Positions 30,601 through 37,404 of a stretch of DNA of 64,000 nucleotides are shown in pieces. Each line of letters opens with the position of its first letter. The first letter of the stretch is position 1. Source of the stretch: a virus. The position numbers were made by a program, and so were the translations under genes. The notes beneath the pieces are model-generated. The model had not been told where the DNA came from and did no database searches. It was given only the letters and a program-made list of their open reading frames with translations. Location: positions 6,169 through 70,168 of the IMG/VR virus record IMGVR_UViG_3300020469_000038. One strand, given 5' to 3'.

Positions 30601-32689
30601 AATTACATCAGAAGAAATTACTATAGACGGAAGTGCATTTACTACTCCGGATAACGTACCAGCACCAGAGGAAAACATTCCAGGACAAGTACTTGACAGT
30701 TTAAGTATTAAAGTATTCCAAGAAACAGGAAGTGGAGCAGCAACACTAAACAGTAAAATTGCTATTAGTGATGGTTCCACAGTGCTTTATGAGATTGGAC
30801 AAAACGTACTAGAAAGATCTAGTGTAATTGTTTATGTAGATGGTGTAAAACAAAACTTAGGTGATTATGCAATTAATATTGCTAACAACACTGTAGAATT
30901 TGTAAGTGCGCCAGTAGTGGATGCACCAATTGAAATACTATCATTTGGTATTGGCGGCGTAGAGATTTTAGATTATCAACAGTTTATTGCAGACGGCGAA
31001 ACTGGTTTATTCTTAACACAAGCAGACTTTGATAGAACTGCAATTGTTTATGTTACTGTAAATGGCGAACAGTTTGATGCAGGATTTATTGAAAGCACAG
31101 ATGTTGTTGACACTACAGATAAAACACTTGTGCAGTTTGGTACAGTACCAAATAAAAATGATGTAATTAAAATTGTTGTACTAGGCGCTTCAACTGATTT
31201 AGATAGCACACTTTCAAGTGTTGTTAGAGTTAACCAACAACAAATTATACACGATGGTAGCACAAGAAGTTATGACTTAGATAATTTTGTGCAATTAACC
31301 AGAGAAAGTTCAGCAGCAAGTACTATTGTAGAATTGAATAATAGTAAATTGCGTGGTGTTGATACTGTATATTATGTGTACGACGGAATTACTAACAAAT
31401 TTACAGTTGGTTCAGATCCTATTGAATCAGCAGGTTCAGTTCTACCACAGAACGTCAAAGTTTATATTAATGGTGTGCAGGCAAATTATATTGATGACTG
31501 GGTTTACAGTTCTACACAAAAAGAATTAACTTATGTTTCAGCACTTAATGTTGGCGATACAATAAAAATTGAAAATGATCTAAGAGCAGAATACTTCTTA
31601 GACAATAATAATATAAGAATAAAAGATAGTGTAGCATTAACAACAGGCGATTCAATTAACGTTACTTGGTTTGGTGAATATCCTTCAATGTCAGTTGTAA
31701 GCGATGATTATACAGGCGGAAAGATTAAGTACAGACTGCCATTTAAACCTGTGAATATTAGTTATGTATGGGTATATCTAAATGGAACTAGACTGAAGCG
31801 TGATATAGATTATACTATTGATATTGACAGACAAAGTTTGTATATAAAAAATAATACAACAGATGCTGACATTGTTTCGATTGTTGCATTTGGTAATAAG
31901 ACTTACAAATTGCCAAGTGCATATGAAATCAATAAAGATATGTTAAACATTACACGTTATAGTAGATACGCTGCTGATGCAGATGTAATTCTTACAAAAG
32001 ATTTACAATACTATGACAAAACTATAACAGTAACAGATGCTTCAGGATTATCAGATCCTATTGTAAGCAAAAATATTCCAGGCATTGTCATCATTAACAA
32101 CGAAAGAATTGAATATTTGGTTAAAGATGGTAATGTACTGAAACAACTACGTAGAGGTGCTTATGGTACAGGTATTGCAGATGTACACAGTAAAGATTCA
32201 CTTGTAATTGATGCTGGTACAAACAATATTATTTCATATGCAGACGAGCAAGTAAGATACGATTTTGTCAGCGATGGCAGTTCAAACTTAATTGGTCCAC
32301 TAGACTTTACTCCTAGTAAACAACTTGACAGTAACTGGTATGCAGGTACTATTCCAAGCGACTTTGGTAGATGTGATAGTTTAGAAGTGTTTGCCGGCGG
32401 CACACGTTTACGTAAAACTAGCCTGAAAATATACGATGAAACGCTTGGTTCTTACAGTCCTTTAGCAGATAAAACTCTTGAAGCGGAGTTTGCGGTTGAC
32501 GGATCAACTAAGTACATACGTATAACGAATCCTTTGCCAGCAGGAACAAGGATTAGCATTATAAAAAGGATAGGTAATACTTGGTACGATAGGGGCGAAA
32601 CAACCGCTACTACAGGCGTTACACTGCTTGAAAACACTACACCAATTAGTGTATTCATTGCAGAGAAGAGTACGAGATTACCTGAATAA
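18653..32689 (+). CDS. Giant (4678 aa) baseplate/virion structural protein, gp7-like position
   Basis: Single open frame after gp6 with CBM5/12-like motifs, FG-GAP-like propeller repeats and Ig-like beta repeats; YINEIKPY motif. Confidence 0.75.
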   Translation: MADKKVFPNSNIPIRKTSEFLPDIFKTEANDKFLAGVFDPLIQPGATDKLVGYIGRRYGKTYNSKDIYLDDDDTLRSRYQLEPGVTIEKDRKVENFHDYIDLKNILNFFGNYNERDDIINKQEHYSWNPAIDWDKFTNYREYFWAPQGPPSVPVYGQSSAVTSTYKVTTSVGSSWIFTPDGATNNPNVVLYRGQTYRFEVNSPTEGFVIRTNYDTGSLIYNPQITYFVGDYAIFDDKLWRAKVDVSPADGSTISVDSQDWELVDNNAVLDSLTYGGGIVNNGAKRGVIEFKVPQDAPDILYYQSDTDPNRLGQFIIGNIEDATFIDPELEIVGKKDYVSSNGVQLSNGLVIEFRGQVAQEKYATGTWLVEGVGKEISLTAFTDLIAPPVTSNVPEILFDNEGFDSQPYDDATQFPGSKDYITINRTSRDLNPWSRYNRWFHRSVLEYAHTQRGVDFEATEETRAKRPIIEFHPNIQLFNHGGVSKATVDYIDDFTTDIFSKIEGSTGYSVDGEFLFEGARVLVTSDTDNLANNKIYEVKFIVHNGRKQLTLKETLDTNSVENECVLVRRGSVNAGKMFHYNGYKWVASQPKTSVNQYPLFDLYDEQGYSFGDATVYPVTSFTGTPILSYAQGTGRTDTELGFKIKYQNINNVGDITFDFNLDKDSFQYTQLQSTVTVPINKGYLKIEGAYDNGWTKTDDAYLQPIVNTVKITEDDVSILDWSNTIDWGIVTDKLKVVFYKNGLKFNDTFTRTGATFTFETKFAAGDIVTIKIIDDVVPVTGYYEFPAGLEKNPLNTQVKEFTLGQATDHLTTSLEFNDEFEGVIPGVSNLRDLSGFQKFTKRFLKHSGVAAAAVTLLNDKNYNLIKSIQYSKKAYSVFKDNFIKKASEIDFEDVPADFVDNIIDELTRTKSVASPFADTDVIGSGAFTSIDYEVDDVGITTFALSTAFDINALNRKAVYVYINNRQLLLNSEYTVDSAFAFVRISKALVRGDQIQIREYVSTSFSYIPPTPTSLGIYKKYTPKKFLDDTYLEPREVIQGHDGSITQAYGDFRDDLILELEYRIYNNIKNNYDEKVFDIDSVIGSYYYRTDFTKSNIDDIVNQEFLKWVADTNLGYTLNTFFDSETPFTYTYNQMASPDGKEDLPGWWRGVYKYYYDTDRPHSHPWECLGFTEKPTWWDSEYGEAPYTNGNLLLWEDIRDGKIVQGDKAGIYPRYARTTIISHIPSDADGNLVDPLTSGLAQNFVLFNNAGSFKIGDIGPVEYAWRSSSEFPFAIAMAMCLLKPFEFITSNFDRAQTKRNLSNQIVDKTTETFITPADLQLPVAGGQQTSGLANYISCYVKSRGLDVADVQEDITHINVRLSSRLSGFVDQDQQRYSVDSKNPKSTSSNALIPNENFNIIFDVSSPIATLTYSGMIFEKTANGWTVSGYDDVKPYFEYYQVVPNQKDPVISIGGLSEAFTLWEPSKLYPNGSIVENRGVYYRAKETHTAEDKFDELFWTKLPALPITGATTAQRRRNFNTTAIKRLSYGEQFTTIQSVADFIIGHQEYLKAAGFVFDNYDGTTQSVQDWATALKEFMFWTQHNWSQGSLLTVSPGAQKLTITVPVGVADNLLDGFYEYNVLGSDGVPLDVKNINVNRQFQEFTITTSGTEDGLYYLKVNLVLKEHVTIFDDKTVFNDVIFDKPSGYRQERIRSQGFRTVDWDGDYTSPGFIFDNVNIVAWQPFRNYKLGDIVQYRSVNYTSLISHTSEQEFVPNNWTVLDSDPQKQLIPNFDYRINQIEDYFEVDSEGLGKSQRDLARHTVGYQTRTYLESIAEDPVTQFQLYQGFIREKGSKNPITKVFNKATNNSNGVQLDEQWAFKVGTLGGEAQSYNVELSLDTDKFRINPQPVVITPETGDFLDRYYRVNQSNFDYAPIPYTDNINPVSDTVKPTQTAGYVKLGQTEYVIKHFSDISSELNVNTVSNNEHIWITFSGPSWTVKRINVAFELPIISVIQAATTITIDFGKRHTFAVDEFIGIKNLDDISGFYQITAVTNNTITYELPQKAPNKTFNTTSAIYPIYFSDVRYNDFNDIGEEEIALLQNKSKLWIDHNGELKWEVVEKNKVYTDKQITNYGLSEPVRVGEKVVYNPTLKQVIASATAAPRVMVYLETTQGLSIKQILQPPDAFIDGNINSFGLEIAISPDSKWLAVGSPKATGISSNYRGEYNPYVSYGTNQIVLFAGRLYKSKVDIAPDGSSINIYSQDWEEVKSIEAVAFGSNDGETQMGSVTLYEWTLNQWNYRTTLLSPRLDAFEEFGHAIAMSKTATGYGMAVSAPGSLHTKGRVWLYHYTEATGWETIQNTNYVGEYNPGEIFYEGTITDDVLTVASTGDSTALAGKLKSGASVTGEGVLDGTYILEQLDWPVSDDGTVHTEKGGVGTYRVSKNHTPPTESVRMQSNYFYPSGSVVTYNGEFWQAQYDTYGDGSTISIDSNEWAKLDAVATQASLPQSIALEDDGSSLFTGLLTDGQVSELVMNGTRFGQSLSMSYDGNVLVVGAPDADNQFFPNYKGVWRPDYEYIQGDVVKYQNAFHRLSNIGPSQVPQDSTIRSYNEDPSNGYPWVDAGDSSASITGKMFVYRKNTAGNYVLSQTVAANNLNDYNDLDQGHPDVMAAGDKFGYAVAVDYSGNNIVVSSPQADINYQNQGSAYIFEYKNDSSVFEYRIVQKLESYEKFPNEFFGQSICISPNTSVIAIGANNSPYVQSTIFDNSESSFDEKRTTFKNFDGFTGSVYVFEKKEHSYYLTEKLDADLSLNESFGTSISCEENVVVVGSPDFIEPISEDNNIVFTGTKVGMVRMFKKPDGVSPLTVIASQPQHTDLEQIKRIALYKKDDDVKIQDLEFFDPAKLKILNRAERELTYKVPFDPAVYTIGTESVTVDEQIAWNNGKNIGKLWWNIANAKWIDYEQGDISYRTSNWGAQAVGSSIDIYEWVESKLLPSEWSLIADTTEGLNLNVSGQPLYPDDTVMAVKTVLNTNTGAATETRYGYWVRNKTTTPKDVLGRTISASTVSSLIASPGTVGNAIIALIDKNKFLFYNLKSIVNADQSILNIEYYADKDRKNAVHNEYQLLTEGVEESLPTDKLETKWLDSLIGYDVIGNRVPDTALPAKQRYGISFRPRQSMFVNKRKILQILIGNINTILKTNAFADTISYNRLDSVDPAPSDLLKLYDTKVAFYDDLETVGTIRVKKAELSVNIIDSEINSITIIEPGYGYKVAPNIEFEGDGTGAIATTTIDSQGRLSSVTVVASGKKYGYAIAKVRNFSVLVESDSTANDYWSVYAWDDIRQIFFRSRSQAFDTTNYWSKIDWWKEGYGETSRVVKEILSVYQEPTLSLREGDLLRINEYGAGGWAVFERQAGEPNGIILSNYVLVGRERGTIELSDTLWNTKTSGIGFDIVDSFDAGLYDKEVAIELRNIFNAIKEEIFVGDFAVEWNKLFFTSIRYLFNEQTYVDWAFKTSFINAIHNVGAFKTTPTYKNDSLTAYLDYINEIKPYRTTVKEFVSKYDQLENSYTSTTDFDLPPVYSVAEGKIINVDEQNELINTYPYNQWRDNKGFGITSIELSNTGAGYTSVPSVLITGNGSGAKATAYISNGKVSGIVVNEQGSGYTQTPVVTVVGGNGSNISDAKAVAILGNGKIRTNNVTVKFDRLSKEGKFTNFDFTQTFTSSGASAVFELLYPATINKNNIDILLDGQVVLDDEYTVSLYKQKNDLENVLRCRIIFNTNPAAGSIIKITYAKNDEILDSVNRITKYYNPGVGMPGKELHQLMTGMDFGGVLVQGTTFDVTGGWDALPWFTDSWDSVEAAADHYVVCDGSTGFITLPYAPTDGQIINIYLKRAGVERLPTIDNLQYSEEVAEPPTHRIDDPNYNDEWDSSSVINPHAQMPTFVGDGSTKVIEIGEYVQTNDGDILIFRPSTSDGSVTINDPNLVDTNISGGSLSYIPAPYGGGAYATATGITSEEITIDGSAFTTPDNVPAPEENIPGQVLDSLSIKVFQETGSGAATLNSKIAISDGSTVLYEIGQNVLERSSVIVYVDGVKQNLGDYAINIANNTVEFVSAPVVDAPIEILSFGIGGVEILDYQQFIADGETGLFLTQADFDRTAIVYVTVNGEQFDAGFIESTDVVDTTDKTLVQFGTVPNKNDVIKIVVLGASTDLDSTLSSVVRVNQQQIIHDGSTRSYDLDNFVQLTRESSAASTIVELNNSKLRGVDTVYYVYDGITNKFTVGSDPIESAGSVLPQNVKVYINGVQANYIDDWVYSSTQKELTYVSALNVGDTIKIENDLRAEYFLDNNNIRIKDSVALTTGDSINVTWFGEYPSMSVVSDDYTGGKIKYRLPFKPVNISYVWVYLNGTRLKRDIDYTIDIDRQSLYIKNNTTDADIVSIVAFGNKTYKLPSAYEINKDMLNITRYSRYAADADVILTKDLQYYDKTITVTDASGLSDPIVSKNIPGIVIINNERIEYLVKDGNVLKQLRRGAYGTGIADVHSKDSLVIDAGTNNIISYADEQVRYDFVSDGSSNLIGPLDFTPSKQLDSNWYAGTIPSDFGRCDSLEVFAGGTRLRKTSLKIYDETLGSYSPLADKTLEAEFAVDGSTKYIRITNPLPAGTRISIIKRIGNTWYDRGETTATTGVTLLENTTPISVFIAEKSTRLPE

Positions 32690-32692
32690 ATA
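32687..32692 (+). promoter_or_regulatory. Late promoter core TAAATA
   Basis: Overlaps the stop codon of the giant gene, 4 nt before ATG 32697. Confidence 0.55.
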
Positions 32693-32696
32693 CACT

Positions 32697-33359
32697 ATGA
32701 AACACGAAGAGACTGATATGCCAAAACAAACGGAAAATACTAAAGACCCTAAAAACCCTAATGAAGTAGGAGGGTTTAATTTCGAAGGTCACATTAAGAT
32801 TTTTGATCCAGAAACTGGCGAAGTTTTTGAAGATAAAAGGAATGCGATCCATTACGAAAATATGAGTATTGCTATGGTTAATGCGTTATCTAACCAAGGG
32901 CAAGGAACGATTTATGAAATGGCTTTTGGTAGTGGTGGTACTACAGTTGATCCAACTGGATTGATTACATACTTAACACCTAACACCGTTGGCACAAATT
33001 CAAGTCTATACAACCAAACATTTGTAAAAACTGTTGATCAGAATGCAATTGCAAACAGCGATCCAGTAAGAAACAAAATGGAAGTTAGACATATTAGTGG
33101 TGCTACTTATAGTGACATTATTGTAAGTTGTTTATTAGACTATGGTGAGCCAGACGAGCAACAAGCATTTGATAACAGTGTTGATATGGACGGCGATTTT
33201 GTATTTGATGAGCTAGGACTGAAATGGTATAACCCAGCAGGAACAGGCAAGTTACTTACACACGTTGTATTCCACCCTATTCAAAAGTCATTAAACAGAC
33301 TACTACAAATTGATTATACAATTAGAGTACAGAGTTTAACTGGCTTTACGGAGGTTTAA
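32697..33359 (+). CDS. Conserved baseplate/virion structural protein
   Basis: EGHIKIFDP...NAIH...FDELGL...LTHVVFHPIQKSLNR. Start is probably ATG 32697 or 32718, not TTG 32628. Confidence 0.7.
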   Translation: MKHEETDMPKQTENTKDPKNPNEVGGFNFEGHIKIFDPETGEVFEDKRNAIHYENMSIAMVNALSNQGQGTIYEMAFGSGGTTVDPTGLITYLTPNTVGTNSSLYNQTFVKTVDQNAIANSDPVRNKMEVRHISGATYSDIIVSCLLDYGEPDEQQAFDNSVDMDGDFVFDELGLKWYNPAGTGKLLTHVVFHPIQKSLNRLLQIDYTIRVQSLTGFTEV

Positions 33360-33362
33360 TAG

Positions 33363-35501
33363 ATGCCATATATTGTAAATTTTACAGATAGCGAAAATAA
33401 AACTCCAATTACAGTATTTGATAATACATCAAGTCAAGACACAAGTTTAACTTTTCCAGGACGTAATGTAACAGGCTACGGACAAATTATTGCAGAGAAC
33501 TTTCTAAACTTATTAGAAAACTTTGCAAGTGCTAACCAACCAGTTAATCCAACTGAAGGACAACTGTGGTATGATACAACTAACGGTGTTTTACAGTTAT
33601 GGGATAACACAAACTGGAAAGCAGCATCAAACATTCAAAAGTCACCAGTTGCACCTAGTGTAGAAACATCTAAAGTAGGTGAACTTTGGGTTGACACAAC
33701 TAACCAGCAGTTAAGAATTTATACAGGTACAAGATGGCTACTTGTAGGACCACAAGAAAGTTCAATTGACGGACTACGTTATGGACCAGCAGTTGAAACA
33801 ATTTCTGATAGTACAAACGCTGACAGAAGTATATTAATATTATACATTGGCGACAAACCAGTCGTTATTATTAGTAAAGATTCATTTACTCCTAAAATTA
33901 GTATTGCGGGCTTTGATGAAATTAAATCAGGTATCAATATTAGTACACCAGCCAATGATCAAGAAGCAAGTGAATTTGCAAGTATTTTCTTAGGCGGTAA
34001 CCTTCCAAGATTAGTAGGTACAGCAGCAAATGCTGATGCACTTAACATTGGTGGATTAGAAATTGCCGCAGGTAAATTTTTAAGATCAGATCAAGTTAAT
34101 ACAACAGACTTTGGAATCAACGTTAGAAACAACAGTGGTTTAACAATTGGTATTGATGGTAACTTTAATATTAATACTTCTGCTACTGCTGCTAAGATTT
34201 ATAACAGTGCTTCAGGAAGTTCAGTAGATTTACAAACAAACAGAAACGGTGTACCAACAACAATTTTACGTGTTGCTGATAACAAAGTAGGTATTAACGT
34301 TGCTTCACCAGATCAAGAATTAGACGTTGACGGTAATGCACAAATTACAGGTACAATTAGTGTCACTAACGACCAAGAAACAATTAACTTAGAGACAGGT
34401 GCAATTGTTACAGCAGGTGGTATTGCTGTAGGTAAGAACCTACTTGTTGGTAATGCTTTAAGTGTTGTAGGAAATACGTTTACTAAAAACATTGAACCAT
34501 CTACAACAGATACACATATCTTAGGTAGTTTAACAAAACGTTGGAGTAACGTTTATGCTAAGAAAGTTATTGCAGACGAAATTGAAGGAACTATTAACGG
34601 TAACATTACAGGTAATGCTAACACAGCAACTAACTTAAAAAATGTTACAAGTTTCCAACTTGCTGGAGACGTTATTTCAGATACAATTCAGTTTGATGGA
34701 CAAGTTGGCGCAACAAATAAAATTTTTACAACTGAACTAACATCAAATATTATTCAAGGTAAGGATACTCCTACTCCTAACGTATCAGAAATACGTGACG
34801 AAATATTAGTTTTTAGAGCAGTTTCAGACACAGGTGCAAGTACAGGTCTTTTAAGACAAAGTAGAAATACATTTATTGGCGACTTAGGTGTTCCAATAGG
34901 ATCAATTATGCCATTTGCAGGAAACAATGTACCATACGGTTATTTGTTATGTGACGGCGGCGAAGTTGAAAGAGCTAAGTTTCCGGATTTATTTGATGTT
35001 ATCGGAACAAGATACAACGGTGTATCATCACTTAATGGTGCAGGAACATATAGACTTCCAGACTTTAGAGGACGCTTTGGTTTAGGTAAACACAATATGG
35101 ATAATAATATTGATGTACCTAACGGCACAGGTGGATTTGTTGATAACGGTGGCGGCGAACCTGATACTGCTAGAGTAGAAGGTGTTGCGGCACAAACACT
35201 TGGTAGTACTAGTGGACAGAGTACTGTAACACTAGATAAGAACAATCTTCCAGAACACGAACACACATTTGTTAAAGACCGTATTCAATATGCATCAGTT
35301 GCAGTTGGTGGAGCAGCGGTTGGAGATGCTGACTTTGGACTTGGACCATCTATATCAAACGGCGCAGTGTATCAACCAAATACAGGTGGTATTGATGTTG
35401 ACGGTACGGTTGCATTTAGTCAACCAATTGGTGTTATGAATCCGTTCTTAACAGTAAATTATATAATTAGATCGGGACCACCGAAATTTACAACAACTTA
35501 A
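33363..35501 (+). CDS. Tail fibre protein with phage tail collar domain
   Basis: Shared N-terminal ENFL.LLENFA...GQLWYD domain; collar motif PIGSIMPFAG...GYLLCDG...LPDFRGRF. Confidence 0.85.
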   Translation: MPYIVNFTDSENKTPITVFDNTSSQDTSLTFPGRNVTGYGQIIAENFLNLLENFASANQPVNPTEGQLWYDTTNGVLQLWDNTNWKAASNIQKSPVAPSVETSKVGELWVDTTNQQLRIYTGTRWLLVGPQESSIDGLRYGPAVETISDSTNADRSILILYIGDKPVVIISKDSFTPKISIAGFDEIKSGINISTPANDQEASEFASIFLGGNLPRLVGTAANADALNIGGLEIAAGKFLRSDQVNTTDFGINVRNNSGLTIGIDGNFNINTSATAAKIYNSASGSSVDLQTNRNGVPTTILRVADNKVGINVASPDQELDVDGNAQITGTISVTNDQETINLETGAIVTAGGIAVGKNLLVGNALSVVGNTFTKNIEPSTTDTHILGSLTKRWSNVYAKKVIADEIEGTINGNITGNANTATNLKNVTSFQLAGDVISDTIQFDGQVGATNKIFTTELTSNIIQGKDTPTPNVSEIRDEILVFRAVSDTGASTGLLRQSRNTFIGDLGVPIGSIMPFAGNNVPYGYLLCDGGEVERAKFPDLFDVIGTRYNGVSSLNGAGTYRLPDFRGRFGLGKHNMDNNIDVPNGTGGFVDNGGGEPDTARVEGVAAQTLGSTSGQSTVTLDKNNLPEHEHTFVKDRIQYASVAVGGAAVGDADFGLGPSISNGAVYQPNTGGIDVDGTVAFSQPIGVMNPFLTVNYIIRSGPPKFTTT

Positions 35502-35515
35502 GGTAGAGAGACTAG

Positions 35516-37387
35516 ATGGCATATCAAATTAATAAAACAGACGGATCGATTGTAGCAACTGTTGCCGATGGTCAGATTGACAATATATCGACTGATATAA
35601 CTCTTATTGGTAAAAACTATAGTGGGTTTGGCGAATCACTTAACGAAAACTTTATTAAAATACTTGAAAACTTTTCAAGCATTGCACAACCAACACAGCC
35701 TGTTAGAGGACAGATTTGGTATGACGCATCGGAAGCAAAACTAAAAGTTTATTCTGGTACAGCATTTGTTCCTGTAAGTTCAGCAACTATTGCAGGTACA
35801 CAACCTGAAACACTAGGTGTTGGTGACTTATGGTTTAACGACAGTGACAAGCAGTTATACTTCTTTGACGGTACTAACACTATTTTGCTAGGACCAGACT
35901 ATTCAGATAGTCAGGGTGTATCAGGATTACGTGTAACAAGCATACTTGATACATTGAACCAAACTCGTGTTATTACAAGTTTGTTTAATAACGGTGTGCT
36001 ATTAGGTATATTTTCTAAAGATACATTTACACCTAAAAATAATATTGAAGGGTACGAAGGAAGTATTATTCCAGGCTTTAATGCAAGTACACTTTCAGGT
36101 ATTAAGTTTGATGTTACAACTACAAACTCAGAAAAACTTAACAATGTTGATGCTAGTTTATATGTTAGATCAGATACAGCAAACAGTTTACAAAATGCGT
36201 TACAAATTGAAAGTGATTTAGGCTTACAGTTTGGTGCAGGTGGACAGGGTGTTATTCAAGTTAGTAACGGTAACGTTCGTATGTCAAACCAGGCTACTGG
36301 TAAACAAATTATCTTTGACGTTAGATCAGATGCTACTACACAGGAAGAAGCAATTTCAATTAATCCAGAAACTAGAACTATTAAGTTGTATGACGGTCAA
36401 CCTACAAGTACTGTTGAAATTGATGGTAGTGCAGAAATTGGTGGCGACCTAACTATTAAAGGTAGACTTACAATTAATGATGGCGACATTGCTGTTATTA
36501 GAGAAACAGAATTAGAAATCGAAGACAAATACATTGTACTTGCACAAACAGGCGACAGTGCAAGTAACTCAAACACTATTGCAGACGGTGGCGGTATTGT
36601 TCTTAAAGGAACAACAGATCACGTATTGATGTGGTCCGACTTAGGACTACCTGGCACTCCAGAATATCCTGCACTTGCTGCTCAATCTTGGACAAGCTCA
36701 GAAAACTTTAACGTAGCATCAGGCAAAGTGTTTATGATTGATGGTATTCCTGTACTAACTGGAAACAGTTTAGGTGCTGGTATTACAAGTATTCCAGGTG
36801 TTACAGCCTTTGGTACACAGAACGTTATTAACGTTGGACCAGGCGTACCTCCAACAGCACAACTTAGAATTGAAAACACAAGACTTAGTACACTATCAGG
36901 CGCATTAGATCTTGAATTAGAACCACATACTGGAGGTAATGTTGCACTAGTTGGCGCTCCTAAAATTACAGGAGTAGCAGATCCTACTACAGCACAAGAT
37001 GCTTCTACAAAAGAATATGTAGATAACACAATTGAAACAAGAACAATACATTTTAGTATGGACTTATCAGATGGTAAACCAAACAGTTACATTGCAACAA
37101 ACGTACTTGCAAACTTAGCACCACCAAGCGAATACAGAGATGGTACTAATGCAAGAATCCTTTGTACACTATTAAGTAACTCAACAACAAGTTTAGATAT
37201 TAATCCGTTGGTAAATCAATCAACAGCAACATTTAATACTCCGTCAGGAACAGCGGCAGCGGTTACTAACGTTTCGGTATCACAGGCAACAGTTGATGCG
37301 CCAAGTGTTACAACTACAAGAATTATTAAAGTGTTCCAACTACTTGCAGGAGTTTGGACACACGTATCAGACACGGTGTTACCATAA
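35516..37387 (+). CDS. Tail fibre/baseplate protein (paralog family)
   Basis: Same N-terminal domain (GKNYSGFGE...ENF...GQIWYD); DASTKEYVD fibre motif. Confidence 0.75.
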   Translation: MAYQINKTDGSIVATVADGQIDNISTDITLIGKNYSGFGESLNENFIKILENFSSIAQPTQPVRGQIWYDASEAKLKVYSGTAFVPVSSATIAGTQPETLGVGDLWFNDSDKQLYFFDGTNTILLGPDYSDSQGVSGLRVTSILDTLNQTRVITSLFNNGVLLGIFSKDTFTPKNNIEGYEGSIIPGFNASTLSGIKFDVTTTNSEKLNNVDASLYVRSDTANSLQNALQIESDLGLQFGAGGQGVIQVSNGNVRMSNQATGKQIIFDVRSDATTQEEAISINPETRTIKLYDGQPTSTVEIDGSAEIGGDLTIKGRLTINDGDIAVIRETELEIEDKYIVLAQTGDSASNSNTIADGGGIVLKGTTDHVLMWSDLGLPGTPEYPALAAQSWTSSENFNVASGKVFMIDGIPVLTGNSLGAGITSIPGVTAFGTQNVINVGPGVPPTAQLRIENTRLSTLSGALDLELEPHTGGNVALVGAPKITGVADPTTAQDASTKEYVDNTIETRTIHFSMDLSDGKPNSYIATNVLANLAPPSEYRDGTNARILCTLLSNSTTSLDINPLVNQSTATFNTPSGTAAAVTNVSVSQATVDAPSVTTTRIIKVFQLLAGVWTHVSDTVLP

Positions 37388-37404
37388 AGAATCAGGAGCG
37401 ATAG

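Noticed and set aside
18653-32689. Intein, stop-codon recoding or frameshift in the giant gene
   Set aside because: The frame is continuous, no intein splice motifs or LAGLIDADG blocks were seen, and TAA, TAG and TGA all act as stops at tight gene junctions in this window.
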